In this document: positions 39,396 through 52,709 of the stretch, piece by piece
How positions within the stretch are numbered: the first letter of the stretch is position 1
How the letters are laid out: each line of letters opens with the position of its first letter
Assembly (NCBI GenBank): GCA_965649765.1
Contig: OZ287750.1
Location: 78,926,001 to 78,990,000, forward strand
DNA length: 64,000 nt
Reading direction: 5' to 3'
Source: Bispira polyomma
Taxonomy: Eukaryota
Position numbers and translations under genes: made by a program
The notes under the pieces: generated by a model
The model's database searches: none
The model's input: only the letters and a program-made list of their open reading frames with translations
What the model was told of the DNA's origin: nothing

Positions 39396-41524
39396 TATAT
39401 ATGACGTCCTGAGCTATTGACCAGAAATAAGACTAACGTCTGCAAAGCATGTCAGAGCTAGACATTGATAAAAACAGATGTTTCTGTAACCGTAAGTCGA
39501 GTTTCAGAAAAAACTTAATTTGCCAACATTCTCTGAAAATGAAATACCTTCTTAGTAACCTGCAAGATATCTTGTTGTATACAGCTTGATAAAATTGCTG
39601 AAACTTAAAGAGCTGTGTAGTTTTATTGTGTGAATGTTTATTTATTTATATCTTTGTTTCATTTGATTTTTGAAATGCAACTTTGAACTGACTTTAATAG
39701 ATATCTTGTCATGTCAGTTCCGTTTTTTGGGTTAAGTGTATGACTTAAGGGCTGTGTGTGTCTGATGCTCAGACAGGAAAAAGAAACCAAAAAAACAGAA
39801 AATGTAAAGAGAAAGAGAAAAACAGGAATATATTAGAATAGAGACAAAGCAGTGTCTAGGCATAGTGTCTACTTTTTCATCATCATCTTGTGGCTGAGAC
39901 ACTCAGGAGACAGTCTTCTTGTCTACACAGGATTTGTCTTTAAGTGCACTCCAACACCTTCGTGTTTTACATAAGGTCTGTCAGTGAGCTGGTGGCCTAG
40001 AGCCTTGTATATATTCAAAAGGGTTTTCCTTAACTTTAAATGCTTAAACCAATTCTTCCTTATACTCTAATGGGTACAACTGTGACCATGTTACCAATTC
40101 AATTTAATATACATAGCTTTCAGCAAGGAAATCAAATTTGTGTAGATTTTGGGATATATCCCCCCCCCCCCCTCCCAGTACAGGAAATGTCTGGAAGATA
40201 TGATTTTGAGATAAGTTGTGAGTTTAAGTTGAAGGACACGAGAGGATAAATCTGTTGTAAATTTAGTCTCTGATGTGAAGTAGGTGGATCAATATAACAC
40301 ATGGCTGTGATGTAGTGGTGAGCCAAGTATATTGTGAAACAAATCTCAGCCTAGCATCCTAAATATGTGGCTGACTTCACGCTGAGGAGATAAAAATGCA
40401 GTGATCAATATTTTTATGATTTTATTTTTCAGTCTTTGATAACAGTAAATTTTCATAAGAAGATCATAAACTTTTCTTTTTTCACTTTTGAAGTACGGAT
40501 TGTTATTGTCTAGGTTATAGACCTCTTTATTAAAAGTTACTGTTTCTGAACTCTTGAATCAATTCTGCCAAGTACATTTTAAGTCAAATAAGTTTTTAGG
40601 CCGTCTATGGAACCTGATAGTCGGATACATTTGTTTGTTTGAAGTAAAGTTAATTAGATTGGTAAATAAGGATTGGGCTATTAGTTCCCTAATTCTCTCA
40701 TTTGAACTGGAAATCTTTATTCCTTGGGCCAGTATCTTAAGTATATCTTAAGTCAATGTATCCATTAAATGGGGTCCTGTCCAGAAAGGAAAGAAGACGA
40801 GACAATTCTTAGGTAGCAAGCTAATTGGATGGCTTTGTGTATAAAGCTGACAAGCTTTGTGACCATTTATAATAGCAACAAACAATGAGACATTTTCTCT
40901 TTGGCCTGTTTTAGATGTGATGTTTCAAGGACTTTTTATATATAGAAAGATCAACAACATTATTTAACAACCTATTGTTGTAAGTTTTAAGTATCATGGC
41001 CAGTTTCAGAAAAGTGATTTTGATATTTGAAGGGAGGTAAAAGGGTAGGTTTATCTTAATTTTGGTGGTCTATGGTTAAGGCATAAAGTAGCTCCATAAC
41101 ATGGATGCCTAATTACTTAAAAATGGACCTGATTTGTTGAGAAAAAGATGCAAAAGAGATTTTCCAGGTTTCATCAAAATTTGTGGTGAAACTGTTGTAT
41201 TATTGCCTGCAACAGTAGTTAGTCTGTTGTTTTGGCCTAACAATTCTACCTTCATTTTCTTGATAATTTTCCATATTTCCTATACACTTCACTTGTCTAT
41301 TTATCTTTAACATATTTGTATAGATCAGCTGCCATGTCACTAAATTGGTTTATACTAAATGTGGCGCATTGTGTGGTCGGTAGTCTGGTGCCATGGCATT
41401 TACAATTACTGAACACTGATTTTATAGTTGTCCCAGGCCAGTATGACATATGGTTTATTTCTCTGAATGTTTTAACTTTACTACTACATTCTCTTAAAAT
41501 CAATTATTGAGATATAACACATAG

Positions 41525-41570
<46 letters not shown>

Positions 41571-44346
41571 AAAAAAAAACCCCCAAAAAAACCACCCAGT
41601 TTATGTACGAGAACAAATGCTAAATATTGCAAAATATAATGTGTAACTAAGTTGAACATCAACACGTGGATATTAAGAAGTTGTGTGAACTTGAAACCTG
41701 TACATTAATACTGGAATACGGTTTGCCTCAATCATTTTGAGTTTTAAAACTGCTATTACAAACTAGCAGCTGTGACTGATATCTGAAATATGAGCCAATG
41801 TGTATTTTTTTTCTGTCCAAACATTAATGTTTCTGTCTCTAGTTTTTCCCCCATATTGTGTTTGATTAATGTGCCATACATGTTTTGCATTAATACCTTT
41901 GTTCATTCACAGTTATCTATCCTTTTACAACATTATTACATGTACATACAGTTTACCTGAAAACTACTTTGATGATGGTCTTAAATGTTACAATTGCATG
42001 TGAACAATAGATGTCCACATCGAAAACCGTAAAGGTATTCAACAAGTATATTATATTATTAACACACATCTTTTATAATTTTTAACTAGTTTGCACATTG
42101 CGCAAGTCTGCGCATATGCAAACTAGTTCATAGCAGGACTTGAAAAGATGGAAAAAGTGTACAAGACGTGTCGACAAGCAAATCTTGAAACTGGTAGGGA
42201 GTTATGGTCTGAAATTCGCATAGAATCTTAAGTTCAATCTCTTGTGCTTACAGGTTTTTTTGGGGATCGATTCAAATAACGAATCCGCGAATATTGGGCT
42301 TTTTATAACATGAAAGTTGGGATATCCCTTGCGTTATACAACCTCATTTTGAAGTATTCTGTTTATGACGTCAGTTTCAGTTAAACTCTAGGATACAATT
42401 TTGCAAAATAATTCGAAATGATAAGATAACGGAAATCTCAATGCGTTTCCGGAAGTCTGCTGTGTCTGTATATTCTAGTACTTACCTGTAGCGAGATCGT
42501 TCAAAATTTTTATTGACAACATACAGCCGACAACAAGGGAACCGAAATTTTAAAAGCCCCGGTTTCGGTTCCTTCTAAAAATCGTAAGCTAACATCGCCT
42601 AAATCCAGGGAGGTAGCTCTAAAATTACATAATCTTGTTTTAAATATCTCTTAAACTTTTAATGGTCACATTGTCAAAATGTGTGTTTACAGAGAAACTC
42701 TCAGTAAAACAAAAACAATTGATACTTGCGAGTCACACTTAAATATTCAGACATCAGGGATTGCAATTTAAGTTTCCTTGAAACATTTACAGGCTCATTG
42801 TTTGGAGCCAGTTCAGTGTGAACATGGCGGAGGCTAATCAATTTGTGGTGCCAGTGAATACCTTTCCAGACTGTTCTTTTTTATGTTTTATGTAATCTGA
42901 ACGAGCAAGGGTGGAATGACCTTGAGTTGTCCTGTCTGATAGAGTGAAAAGCTGTGCAAACAGTGGCCATGCTGTTTCAGTGTAAAGTTTCCAAATTAAG
43001 ATTGATTCCTTGCTTAAAGGTTGTAAGCTGAGGAGTTATTTGTAGGCCAAGCACACTCTGTGTTTGATTAGAAGGCTGTATATATAATTTATCTTTTAGA
43101 GGAAGTTTTTAAAAAAAAAAAACAAACTGAAAATATAAGTGAAAATTGAATGGTACTTCAGGTATTAGTTTTAGACACAAATCTGATTTATATTTCTTTT
43201 TAATATTCTAGCCCACCACAAAATTGATCAACCACAGAGAAAACACAAATTTTCTTAAGCTATCAAGTAAATTTGGTTAAAACTAATACCATGTGCTATA
43301 TGGGATTTACTTGAACTGACGAACCAAGATACACACTTAGATACTGATAAATATTTTGTGATGTCATGCTATTGATTTGTGGTCTTTGCTGGCCCCCCCT
43401 GTGGTTTGAAAATCTGTCAAGTCAATCTGTTTTTTTTAATGCCAGTACATATTGGAGACACTGACACTGTGGAGAGAGAGATAGAGAGTACTATGTGTAT
43501 GTATGTGTTGAAGTATGGCTGAATGACTGTGTGCGGGGCTGAGACACAAATTGGACAGAGCTCTCTCTTCCCAGTCTCTGCAGTGTAATGTTTACCGAAG
43601 TAGATAGGACACAGACATTATTGACACGATGACGTAGAACTGTACTTTGGAACTGTATCAAGTGGGGGGGGGGGGGGGGGGGGAGGCTATATATATTGAT
43701 AGATAAAGATTGAAACATTGTTTTAAAAAACTCAATAGAACCTGGCAGCCATTGGCGCTATTGTTATTGATTCATTTGTCAGTCGCTTTTTCAGCAAAAT
43801 TAAATTTTTTTTTTTTTTTTTTTGTCAAAAATAATGAATTGATGTTGCAGGCATCCTCTTACAAATGTGTAGTAAATAGTAACTTACGAGTAAGAAATAT
43901 CTAAAAGGCCCAATGAGACTTTGAATACACAAATGATATAATGTTAAAAAATATATCTAAGCTTACTGTGTTGTAGAAGAAGTATTACATTAGGTGTGTA
44001 AACATTCCACTTGACCTGGATTCTCTGTTACTATTGACATCGTCCGTTCATCCCAGGCTGTAGAGTGTGTATTATTGTCCATGTGCCAAACAATTAATAG
44101 AGTTTATATGTTTTAGTAACAGCCCAGAATATTGACTAGACTGCCATAATGCCATTTAGATGCAATAAAGGTTTTCTATTAAAATATACAGTAAAACCCT
44201 GTTGAGTCAAATGTTTAGGGACCTTAAAAATTGGTTCTACTTAAAAATAACTTTTACTCAACAGGTAATTTCACTTATTAGAGTTCTACTTTAAGCGTTT
44301 GACTGTATAGCCATTTAAGAAAAAAAAATTTGTACAAGCCTTTATA

Positions 44347-44568
44347 CAGTGGAACCTCTATTATCCGAACTTCTATTACCCCAATATTTTATGAACATAT
44401 TATGTTTGCAAGAGCTTGATTTTGTTTGGATAATAGAAGGTTCGTAAAATAGAAGAGGCAGTTTAATATAAAACAATAGGAAGGCTAAATTTGGAAGAGT
44501 AAAAACAAGTTCATGGAAGTTAAATATTTGGATAACAGAAGTTTTGGATAGAATAGAGGCTCAACTGT
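44347..44568. mobile_element. pogo-type MITE family B (CAGTGGAACCTCTATTATCC...GGATA..ATAGAGG.TCAACTG)
   Basis: Terminal inverted repeats. Related pieces at about 35243-35405, 44905-45047, 49840-50011 and 60680-60855. Confidence 0.65.
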
Positions 44569-44612
44569 TGTTCTTAGTACTTTTCTATTTTCTTCCAAAT
44601 TCTCTTTTGTAG

Positions 44613-44807
44613 GAATTAGAATTCGTGAAGTTTGCGAAAAAGCAGAAAATTCAGGAATTAACGGAGGCAAAGAAAACACTGAAAAGAGAAGTAGAACGCC
44701 TGCGGATTGAGAGAGATGTCAAAACGCACGAGCTAGTCGATGAACGTAAGCTGAGCAAGCAACAGATGGACTCTGCACTATCCTCCAAAATGCCAAATGT
44801 CTTAAAG
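44613..44807 (+). CDS. Ski: Ski/SnoN coding exon 5 (coiled coil)
   Basis: Acceptor TCTCTTTTGTAG. ELEFVKFAKKQKIQELTEAKKTLKREVERLR parallels Ski [31 protein letters not shown]. 65 codons, donor GTAAGC. Confidence 0.92.
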
Positions 44808-45045
44808 GTAAGCTAGAAAGTAGGCTGGCAACATTCCGAAATAGTTGGTCACTTGTAAACACCCACGGAATAGCTTCTCTGTTAAGAGTGTGAGGGATCA
44901 TAATACAGTGGAACTTCTCTATCCAATTATTTGATTTTATGAACACAGTTTCACTCTCCTAAATTTTCATTTTCCCATTGATTTATGTTAAATGTCAGTT
45001 CTATTTTATTAACATTCTATTATCCAAACAAAATCTTGCTCTCCC

Positions 45046-45473
45046 CAATCGGACGAATAGACGTGCGGTCGATAAATCGTTGGTGATACTGCATGATTGT
45101 GGTTGATCAGTCCTTATTTTATATAATCAATTATTCACCAAATACTGTTCCTAACTACAACTAATAAGATATTTTGACGTTTAAACGTCATTTTATATAG
45201 TTTTTATGTCAAAAAAAAGCAATTTTTGGCCCCTTTTGTTTTCATTTACCGCCATGTTTATCGGAAGTTATATAGCTTAACAGGAGATTTTAAATGTCAA
45301 ACGTCTGAATCTAACTAAATTCTTATCGGATCACAGTATATTCTGCCCAGGATGGCATGAGAAATGCCTTGATATATTTTAAGCAATAAAAGTAGATGGA
45401 TAATCGATTACAGGTCGGTCAGATCATCAAGCAATTAATCAACCTGTAAAATATAGACCAATTCCCAAGACTA
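45046..45473 (-). mobile_element. Inverted copy of the 34771-35213 hAT-like family
   Basis: The reverse complement shares GAATTGGTCT...CAGGTTGATTAATTGCTT, CGACCTGTAATCGATTAT, TGTGATCCG.TAAGAATTT, CAGACGTTTGACATTTA and ACTTCCG.TAAACATGGCG. Another fragment starts near 2830. Confidence 0.75.
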
Positions 45474-46723
45474 ACTTCTATATCAAGCAATAAGAAAACA
45501 GAAATTTCGGAGAATTTGGAAACGAGTTCATGCAATCAAATATTTATACATAGAAGTACAGACAGGAAGTAGTTGCTCTCTAGCTGTTCCTGAAACTAAT
45601 GGGACTACATAGTAAGTTGACCCAGATCTTGTTAGTTATTACATCACAGAAGATCTTGATTCCTGAAAGATTGCCTTTTTTTTCTCTAGGCCTCTTGACT
45701 CCGGTAGACCTAAACAGAAGATGTAGTACAAACAAACAATGCCTGATACATGGATAAGCTGTTCTTATATTATTATTTATAGCTTTGTTGGTTGTTTTTT
45801 TTTTATGCATCAAAACTAAAAAGTGTAGCAAAGGCGGGGCTACGGCGGCGGTGGTGGGCCACACCAACACTACCAAGAGAGAAATTTTGTTCTCTTTTAT
45901 ACTGGCAAGGATTTAATCAGCTCTAGCACAGATAACTACTATTGACTTGGGTAATATGCCTGCTGAATAAATATTTGTACTTTGGTCATTGTAGTGGAAA
46001 ACAATCATTGTGTACTGGGTAGTCTCCTGTTTATTCCTCTCTGGCTCTCTCTCCTAGACAGGCCGACCTTGTGTTTACTCTTAGCCTTGCTAAAGGCCGT
46101 GTAGAACAATATTTTTTTGGTCACGGGTCGATGGATGTTTTGGTATGGGTAACATTTTGACTTAATAAGAACTAAGCCTGCGACGATTAATTGTTTAGTC
46201 GATGCATTCAGTGACTATGCAAATATAACTATTGAGTACTTTCCAGGAGTTTATGCCAAAATCATCAATTCAATTTAGTCCATCACTCAAGTACTTGTAT
46301 AGGTGGATTCCAAATTTCAGCAAGACTAAAATGGATGAAATGGGAATCTTAAAGCAAAAATTGCTGTTTGACAGTCAGCCGAGACACTGATGATTGATAC
46401 ATAAAACTACAGAGAAAAGCTTAGTCCACCAACAAGTATGATTGAAAAATCTACTTCTAAACATTGACTGTGTAATTTAGGTACATCAAAAGAAAAAAAT
46501 GTTTTTATTAAAGAGATTTAAGATGGAGGATATAAAAAGTAAGAGAAACATCATCAGGATGGTTAAAAATGCTTTATATTCATTATACATTAGCTCATCA
46601 GTATATGTAAAAAAAATCCAAGGTAACTTATTCTCCAAAAGAACTCCCAAGTCAACTCAATTAACAGCTACATATAACTCCTCTATATGGAAATAACCTA
46701 GACCTTTGACCATTCACTTTTAA

Positions 46724-46941
46724 GGGGAGAATATACCTGTCCAATTTTACTTCCGAATCCGTCATCCGACGTCTGTTTCCGTCTGTATTTATATTTAAAA
46801 AAAATTGGCACCCGTATCTGAGGTGGCATTGGCAAGGTGTATTCTACTTCTCTAATTCTTGATATTTCAATTTTTTTGGATGACGGAAACGAACGTCGGA
46901 TAACTGGTTCGGAGGCAAAATCGGCCAGGTATATTCATTCC
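46724..46941. mobile_element. TTAA-flanked foldback MITE (Kolobok-like GG...CC termini)
   Basis: TTAA|GGGGAGAATATACCTG...CAGGTATATTCATTCC|TTAA, with ~60 bp imperfect TIRs. Confidence 0.65.
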
Positions 46942-48299
46942 TTAATAGAGCTTTCCAAACAAAATTCAAATAAGCACTCCTATTAGTAGCATTTTGCTTA
47001 ATTTTATTCTAACCAGGAATATTGAGACTTTCAGATTTAAGCTTCAGATTTTCTTAAAACATGGCCACAAAAATTGAAGACTTGGGCAAGGCTACATTAA
47101 CACCAAGTGGAGATTTGGACGTAACTTTAGCTAAGACATTTCTATTGACTTATTGAAGTGTGGTTTCCCAATCGGAGAACTACAGGAGCAGTGAAATTCC
47201 CCCACAGAACAGACCGCTACTTTTAATTTCTACAACTTTGTCTGACAGGTTTCTTAAAACAGCAAAGTTACAGTTTTATGTAATTTAGTACAACATTAAC
47301 AGTTTTGTTAAATTCACCTAATTAAAGTTATTCTTTATGATATAAAATTCAGTCTTCCAACAGTATGTTAATAAAACAATATATAATCAATTTGTTTGAA
47401 TTTTCATAAAGTCTGATACACGTTTTTTTGTTTACACAAGCTGCAACAATGCTTAGAACAAGTATGGTATCTATCAGTTCAGGGTTATATTTTCTTTAAT
47501 TCTGTATTTCTTTGGATCCATGAACATGCAATTTTTAACAAGCCGAATACCAAAGAAAATATAAGCTTAACCAGTTTATTAAAATATTTTGACGAATATA
47601 CACAGTACTTAAGCCATAGACACAGTTTCAAGACCATAACAGAAAACTACCTGTGGGGAATTGTAACACTGGTACAATTACTGCAGTGTTTGTCGATATA
47701 AGGCATAAAGGTTATTAACTATTCACTTATCGAGCACAAAAATATATGAGCAATAACTGTGAAAGTAATCCAGACATAATAACTGTGTACCCAAACAGGG
47801 TTACCTAGTGCTACTAAATCTGGGGTTATTATCGTGAAAAAAATGCCGGCACTCAGATAAATTAATACAGAAGTAATAATCCGAAGTGCTGTAATACAAA
47901 GAGATGTTTATGGTGACCTAGTTTTGTTGGTGAAGTTTTGGACAGTTTGAAAAGGTTAAATTCAAAGTGTTTTTCCATGTTCGGCAGCTTTATCAAAATA
48001 TCTGTACTTTTTACAACTTTAGGCCAAATGTTTTGAGGATATCCGTCAATACATACAACTCCAATTACCGGTATTTGGTAATACTGCTTACTGTTTAACC
48101 ATAAAAACTGACTTTTGATCTGTTTTTTGCCACTTTTGTAGTGAGGTTTTCTTGGAAAAAAAAAATGAAAAATCGAAATAATTATATGTAGGTTGTTTCT
48201 GTATTGTATTAAACCCACAACAAAACTACAGAATATTCAAATATGATAAGAACACTTACCCTAATTTGAAATGTCCAAGTTAGGTCATAGTAGTATCTA

Positions 48300-48472
48300 C
48301 AGAATCCCTTTTAGGTAGAACTCTGTTAACTCAATTTCCCTTGTTATGTAGAGCATAATTTATTGTCCAACAGAGGTTTTTTCTTTGAAAGTCTACCCTG
48401 TTAAGTGGAAATCCTGCTTAGTAGATGAATTTCTGTTGGTCCCTTGAAGTTTCACATAGAGATGTTTAACTG
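48300..48472. mobile_element. MITE family A copy
   Basis: GTAGAACTCTGTTAAC...GTCTACCCTGTTAAGTGGAAATCCTGCTTAAGTAGA...AACTG|TA. Confidence 0.7.
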
Positions 48473-48483
48473 TAGTACACTAA

Positions 48484-48915
48484 GTGAGCGTTTCTATGCA
48501 AGCAACTTTTTGAGGCCACCAGCCGACAGCGATTCTGTTAGTTTCATTGATTTATAACCAAGTGTGTCCCTGTGGGCAACGCAGACGGGCGGCGGACAAT
48601 GCTAGGTGATTTTTTTTCGGTACCAGGAGCGAAAAAAAAAACGCCTGGCGTCGCATCTTGCATTGCTGATTCTATATTAATAACTCCGAAATTACCAAAG
48701 GTAAAAATTTCTCGAAAATATGGCGAGAAAGCTTATTTTGTCGGATATATTGTGCTTTTTGTTGCATCAAAATCGGTTAGAAATGACTAAAATATTCAAG
48801 TTTAAATACAGGTTTCTATTTTTGTCAAATAATTGTATGGAAACATAAAAATTGCAGATTGCCCGTTGGACGTCAGCTGGTCGCCTCAGAAAGTTGCCTG
48901 CATGGAAATGCTCAC
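48484..48915 (+). mobile_element. MITE with ~44 bp TIRs, TAA-flanked (possibly PIF/Harbinger-type)
   Basis: GTGAGCGTTTCTATGCAAGCAACTTT... / ...AAAGTTGCCTGCATGGAAATGCTCAC, with TAA on both sides. Confidence 0.75.
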
Positions 48916-50407
48916 TAAAGTTTTGTCTTATCAGTCAAGCTTGAGTGAGATTTGCGTTTGTCACCAATATGATTACCATGTATCATTGAACACAACTTGA
49001 ATACGGACAATTCCAACACTAGATATGACACAGCACTTTCATGCATAAGAAACAAGTATGAGAAACCTTGAGGTCACCATAAATTAAGTTACCCTCTGTG
49101 ATGTACCCGTACAACATGTCTTCTAACACAATTAAAAGTGTTTGAAGTTGAGAACATAATTGTAAAGTCAATTTGAATTTCTCTATGAATGGAATAATTG
49201 GATTTTGTGTTAATCGTATTAAATTACATTGTTGTTTTTGACTGAGATAAAGTCAATATTAGTGCACTAGGTGACTGGAAAGCCTGTTCTGCTTGTTCAG
49301 GGGTTGTAATGCTGTAGTAGGAAGACAAGGTCAATTATTAATGTTCTCTGTCTATGGGTCTGTCATAAAAGATAACAAACCTCTGGCTGTCATAGTAGGT
49401 CACATGATCTACATGTTTACCTTGGTTTTGTTTTTGGTTCCTGCCATTGATTTGTTTATTTGTCACCATGATTACACACACAAAAAAAACACCCACTGAA
49501 CTGATTTACTCGAAATTTAGTACAGGGATGGGAACACATGGGCGAAGGAAATATCAACTAAAATGACAGATCCTGGAATTTTTTCACTTTTTTGCCACTG
49601 TGGCTCGCCTTTGCGGTAGTGGTATCCACTCTTCTGAGTGTCTGTCTAGTTGTGAATGCATTTACAAGTGGTACTTGAATGCATTTATAAGTGGACTTGA
49701 ATCCCTGTATAAAGTGGACTTGACAGAGTAAAACATCTTGAAAAGCTTGGCTCTTTTGGAGGGACTATAGATATTGCTCTCTCAAACTGTTTGTACACTT
49801 TAGTAGTATATATAATCCAATCTTCTAGTTTCTGATAAGAGTAAAAAAGCTCTGTTATCCAAACAGGTTGGGAGAACAATGTTTTCTTCCGATAAATAGA
49901 AGGTTTATAAAACAAAACGGGCAATTTTGTAAGCAACAGTAGGGAAATGTTAATTTGAGAGAGTGCAAGTTTGTTCACAATCTCAAATGTTTGGATAATA
50001 GAGGTTCTACTATATTTGATTCTATAAGGATAAGTTTACTCTCCCTAATTTTACATATTCCTATCATTTTACACTAAACTGCCAATAGAAGGTTTCACAA
50101 AGAGGTCTTAGTATTAACTTAGTCTTAAGCTTAACATTTATATGTCTAAAATATTTAAAGACTGCCTACTGTTAATCTTAGTGTTAAGTGCCAAGTCAAC
50201 ACACTAAGCAAAGATCTTTTTCTTAATGTCACTGGCTCTTAACACCGAAATCCTAAACATTTTCGGCCAAAAGCCTGAGACTAATACGACCTTTTGTGAA
50301 TACTGCCACTGTAAAGAACCTTATATTATCTATAAAAGAAATTCCCCAACAATGTGTTTTAAGTTAAGAATATTCTGCAAGTGTGCTTCTTATTCTTGTA
50401 TTTATAG

Positions 50408-50890
50408 CTGAAGGCATACTACAAAAGCAGACTCGATTGTCAGAAGACCAAGTTGAACCAACACGAGCAGATGCACATTCAGATGTGTGAAGAGCTCGAC
50501 TTGCTCCGTGAACAGTTAAGGTGTTTCGGCAAGGATGTCCCGGATATCAGATATGAAATCGCCGCAGACGACCCTTCACTTATGGCTGCTCTAAACTCTC
50601 CCATAGAACCTAAAGCCGAAAATTGTTTCCGATTCATTGTCAGGGTAGATGAACCGGCGGCGGCGGTTGAGTCGAGCAGCAAAGCAGTCACTCCAAAAGA
50701 GGAGAGAGTAGATGCTATGGAGGAACAAGAAAAGAGGGAGAATGACGACGAACGGAAAATTCCAAAGGAGACTGGAAATTCCCCTATGAAGACGGAACGG
50801 AAAATTACAGTTAAAATAGAAGAAACTGAGTTGCCAGAGGGGAAGGAACTGTCCTCATTGGATGGTGACAGTGTCATTTCAAGGTCATAG
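50408..50890 (+). CDS. Ski: Ski/SnoN coding exon 6 (terminal)
   Basis: Acceptor TTGTATTTATAG, phase 0. LKAYYKSRLDCQKTKLNQHEQMHIQMCEELDLLREQL is Ski leucine-zipper-like, followed by an acidic tail and stop TAG 50888-50890. Confidence 0.85.
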   Translation: MKAYYKSRLDCQKTKLNQHEQMHIQMCEELDLLREQLRCFGKDVPDIRYEIAADDPSLMAALNSPIEPKAENCFRFIVRVDEPAAAVESSSKAVTPKEERVDAMEEQEKRENDDERKIPKETGNSPMKTERKITVKIEETELPEGKELSSLDGDSVISRS

Positions 50891-51244
50891 TTTCCCCTCC
50901 CAAACAGATGCTGGTAACCAGCCCTTGTTAGTATTAATCCCATACGGTGAGTTTTGAGCTTTGGAAAACAGACCGAAAGCCTAGTGTGTTTGACAGATGG
51001 GGAAGGTGTCTACACAGTGTGTGGTGAGCTTGAGTTGATGTAATATAGTCGTGGTTCACTTAATTGTGAAGCATATTTCTATGTGTATCACCTTATACAT
51101 AGATAATAGATATACATATTATATGATGATGATGGTATATATATATATATATATATTTCGTTTTGCGGATATTTATATTGGTCAAATGGAGCTTTGTATC
51201 CTTGCAGTGTGACTGACGGTAGAGACATATATATGATAAAAAAA

Positions 51245-51595
51245 CAGTCAAACCCCTTTAAGTGGACATCTGATAAGTGGAATTGCCTGTTAAGTAGAAG
51301 TTATTTTAGGGACCAATTGCTATATTTATAAATTAAAATTTACCCTTTTAAGTTGAATTTTTGTTCAGTAGAACAAAATATCATGGTCGCTTAGATTCAA
51401 CTTGACAGGGTTGTATTGTATTGTTCGACCCCCCCCCCTTTAAGTCCAACCCTGAACGGACCAGGACAAATACCTCTACTTAAAGCAGAATCTCCACTCA
51501 ACAGCATAGGTTTTAACAGAGACTTGGCTTTTGTGCAACTACAAATTGTTCTCCCCAAGTAACTCAACAGAGTTCTACTTAAAAGGGTTTGACTG
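51245..51595. mobile_element. MITE family A, compound or double copy in the putative Ski 3' UTR
   Basis: CAGTCAAACCCCTTTAAGT ... ACTTAAAAGGGTTTGACTG, with an internal second start near 51420. Confidence 0.7.
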
Positions 51596-51596
51596 A

Positions 51597-51642
<46 letters not shown>

Positions 51643-52529
51643 AAATCGGTATACACTAGTCAACAGAATTTCAGCCCCTGATGGGGGGAGGAATAGTGTG
51701 TTCTTTTTGTGTTTGTTAATTTGGACTATTGTGAAATGACTTGTTGATGATGAATTAATGAATGGCAATGGCACAGTTGATAGAGAATGACCAGACAAAC
51801 ACAAAGAATGAACAAAGATTATTATTTTTTTAAACTGTCAAAAAATAACATTTGTGGTTTATAAGATGTGTTACAGTATGAATGGTGTGTTTAGTAAGTG
51901 TATTGTTATAACTATATTACATGTTGTTCAAAAAAAAAAAAGATTTGTTATTGTTTTAACTATTATTATTATTAATTAGTGTTGCCTACAGGGATCCTAG
52001 AGAATATAGTGCTATACTAAAACTATTGTATATTACCGGTTACACATAACCAAGACTATAACAGTGCTAAGTATGTGATTGTGCCATTAGTGCGTATTTA
52101 AGTCGGTCTATTTCTTCTCTTTTATTGTTTGTATTGTGTTGTGTTTACAAAGTATACAAGTATTTGCCTGGGCGTTTTGTTTCTTTTTTTTTTTTTGTGG
52201 AGGGTGATAGTACGAGAAAGAAAAAAAATAAAGGGATTTTAATGTTTTTGTTGCATAATATAATATTAACAATTTAACATGCAGTGATATGTTAGAATTC
52301 GCCAGAGAAAAAGAAAGAAAAAGGTGAGTGAATAATAATAATAATATGAAACAACCGGTGTGATTATGATGACTACTTTGTTATAAATTTATTTAATTTT
52401 TTTTTTGTGTAATATGCCGGTGTTATTTTTAAAATACCCATACATTTGTATGTGTAGTACTGTGTGCATATGACAAATGTTGACAGTAAATATGCGAAAA
52501 TCCGTAAAATATGTGTCATGTATATTATA

Positions 52530-52709
52530 CAGTCGAACCCCTAGTGGAAAGTAGAACTCTGTTAAGTCATTTTCCTGTTATGTGGAGACAAATTTGAAGT
52601 CGCATGAAGGCCTTTTTCCTTTCAAATCTACCCTGTTAAGTGGAAATCCTGCTTAAGTAGAGGTATTATTCCTTGTTCCTTTGAGGTTCGACTTAAAGGG
52701 ATTCAACTG
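52530..52709. mobile_element. MITE family A copy
   Basis: TA|CAGTCGAACCCC...GGGATTCAACTG|TA with the family core. Confidence 0.72.

Noticed and set aside
41526-41585. Long poly-C/poly-A tract (and C/G runs at 4434, 12963, 43664, 56812)
   Set aside because: Simple homopolymers are frequent throughout the window and their lengths are error-prone in assemblies; no independent sign of function.
50479-50943. 154-aa antisense ORF (also 25302-25589, 37692-37957, 38637-38916, 18235-18763)
   Set aside because: Shadow ORFs overlapping real coding or TE-coding sequence; low complexity with no motifs.
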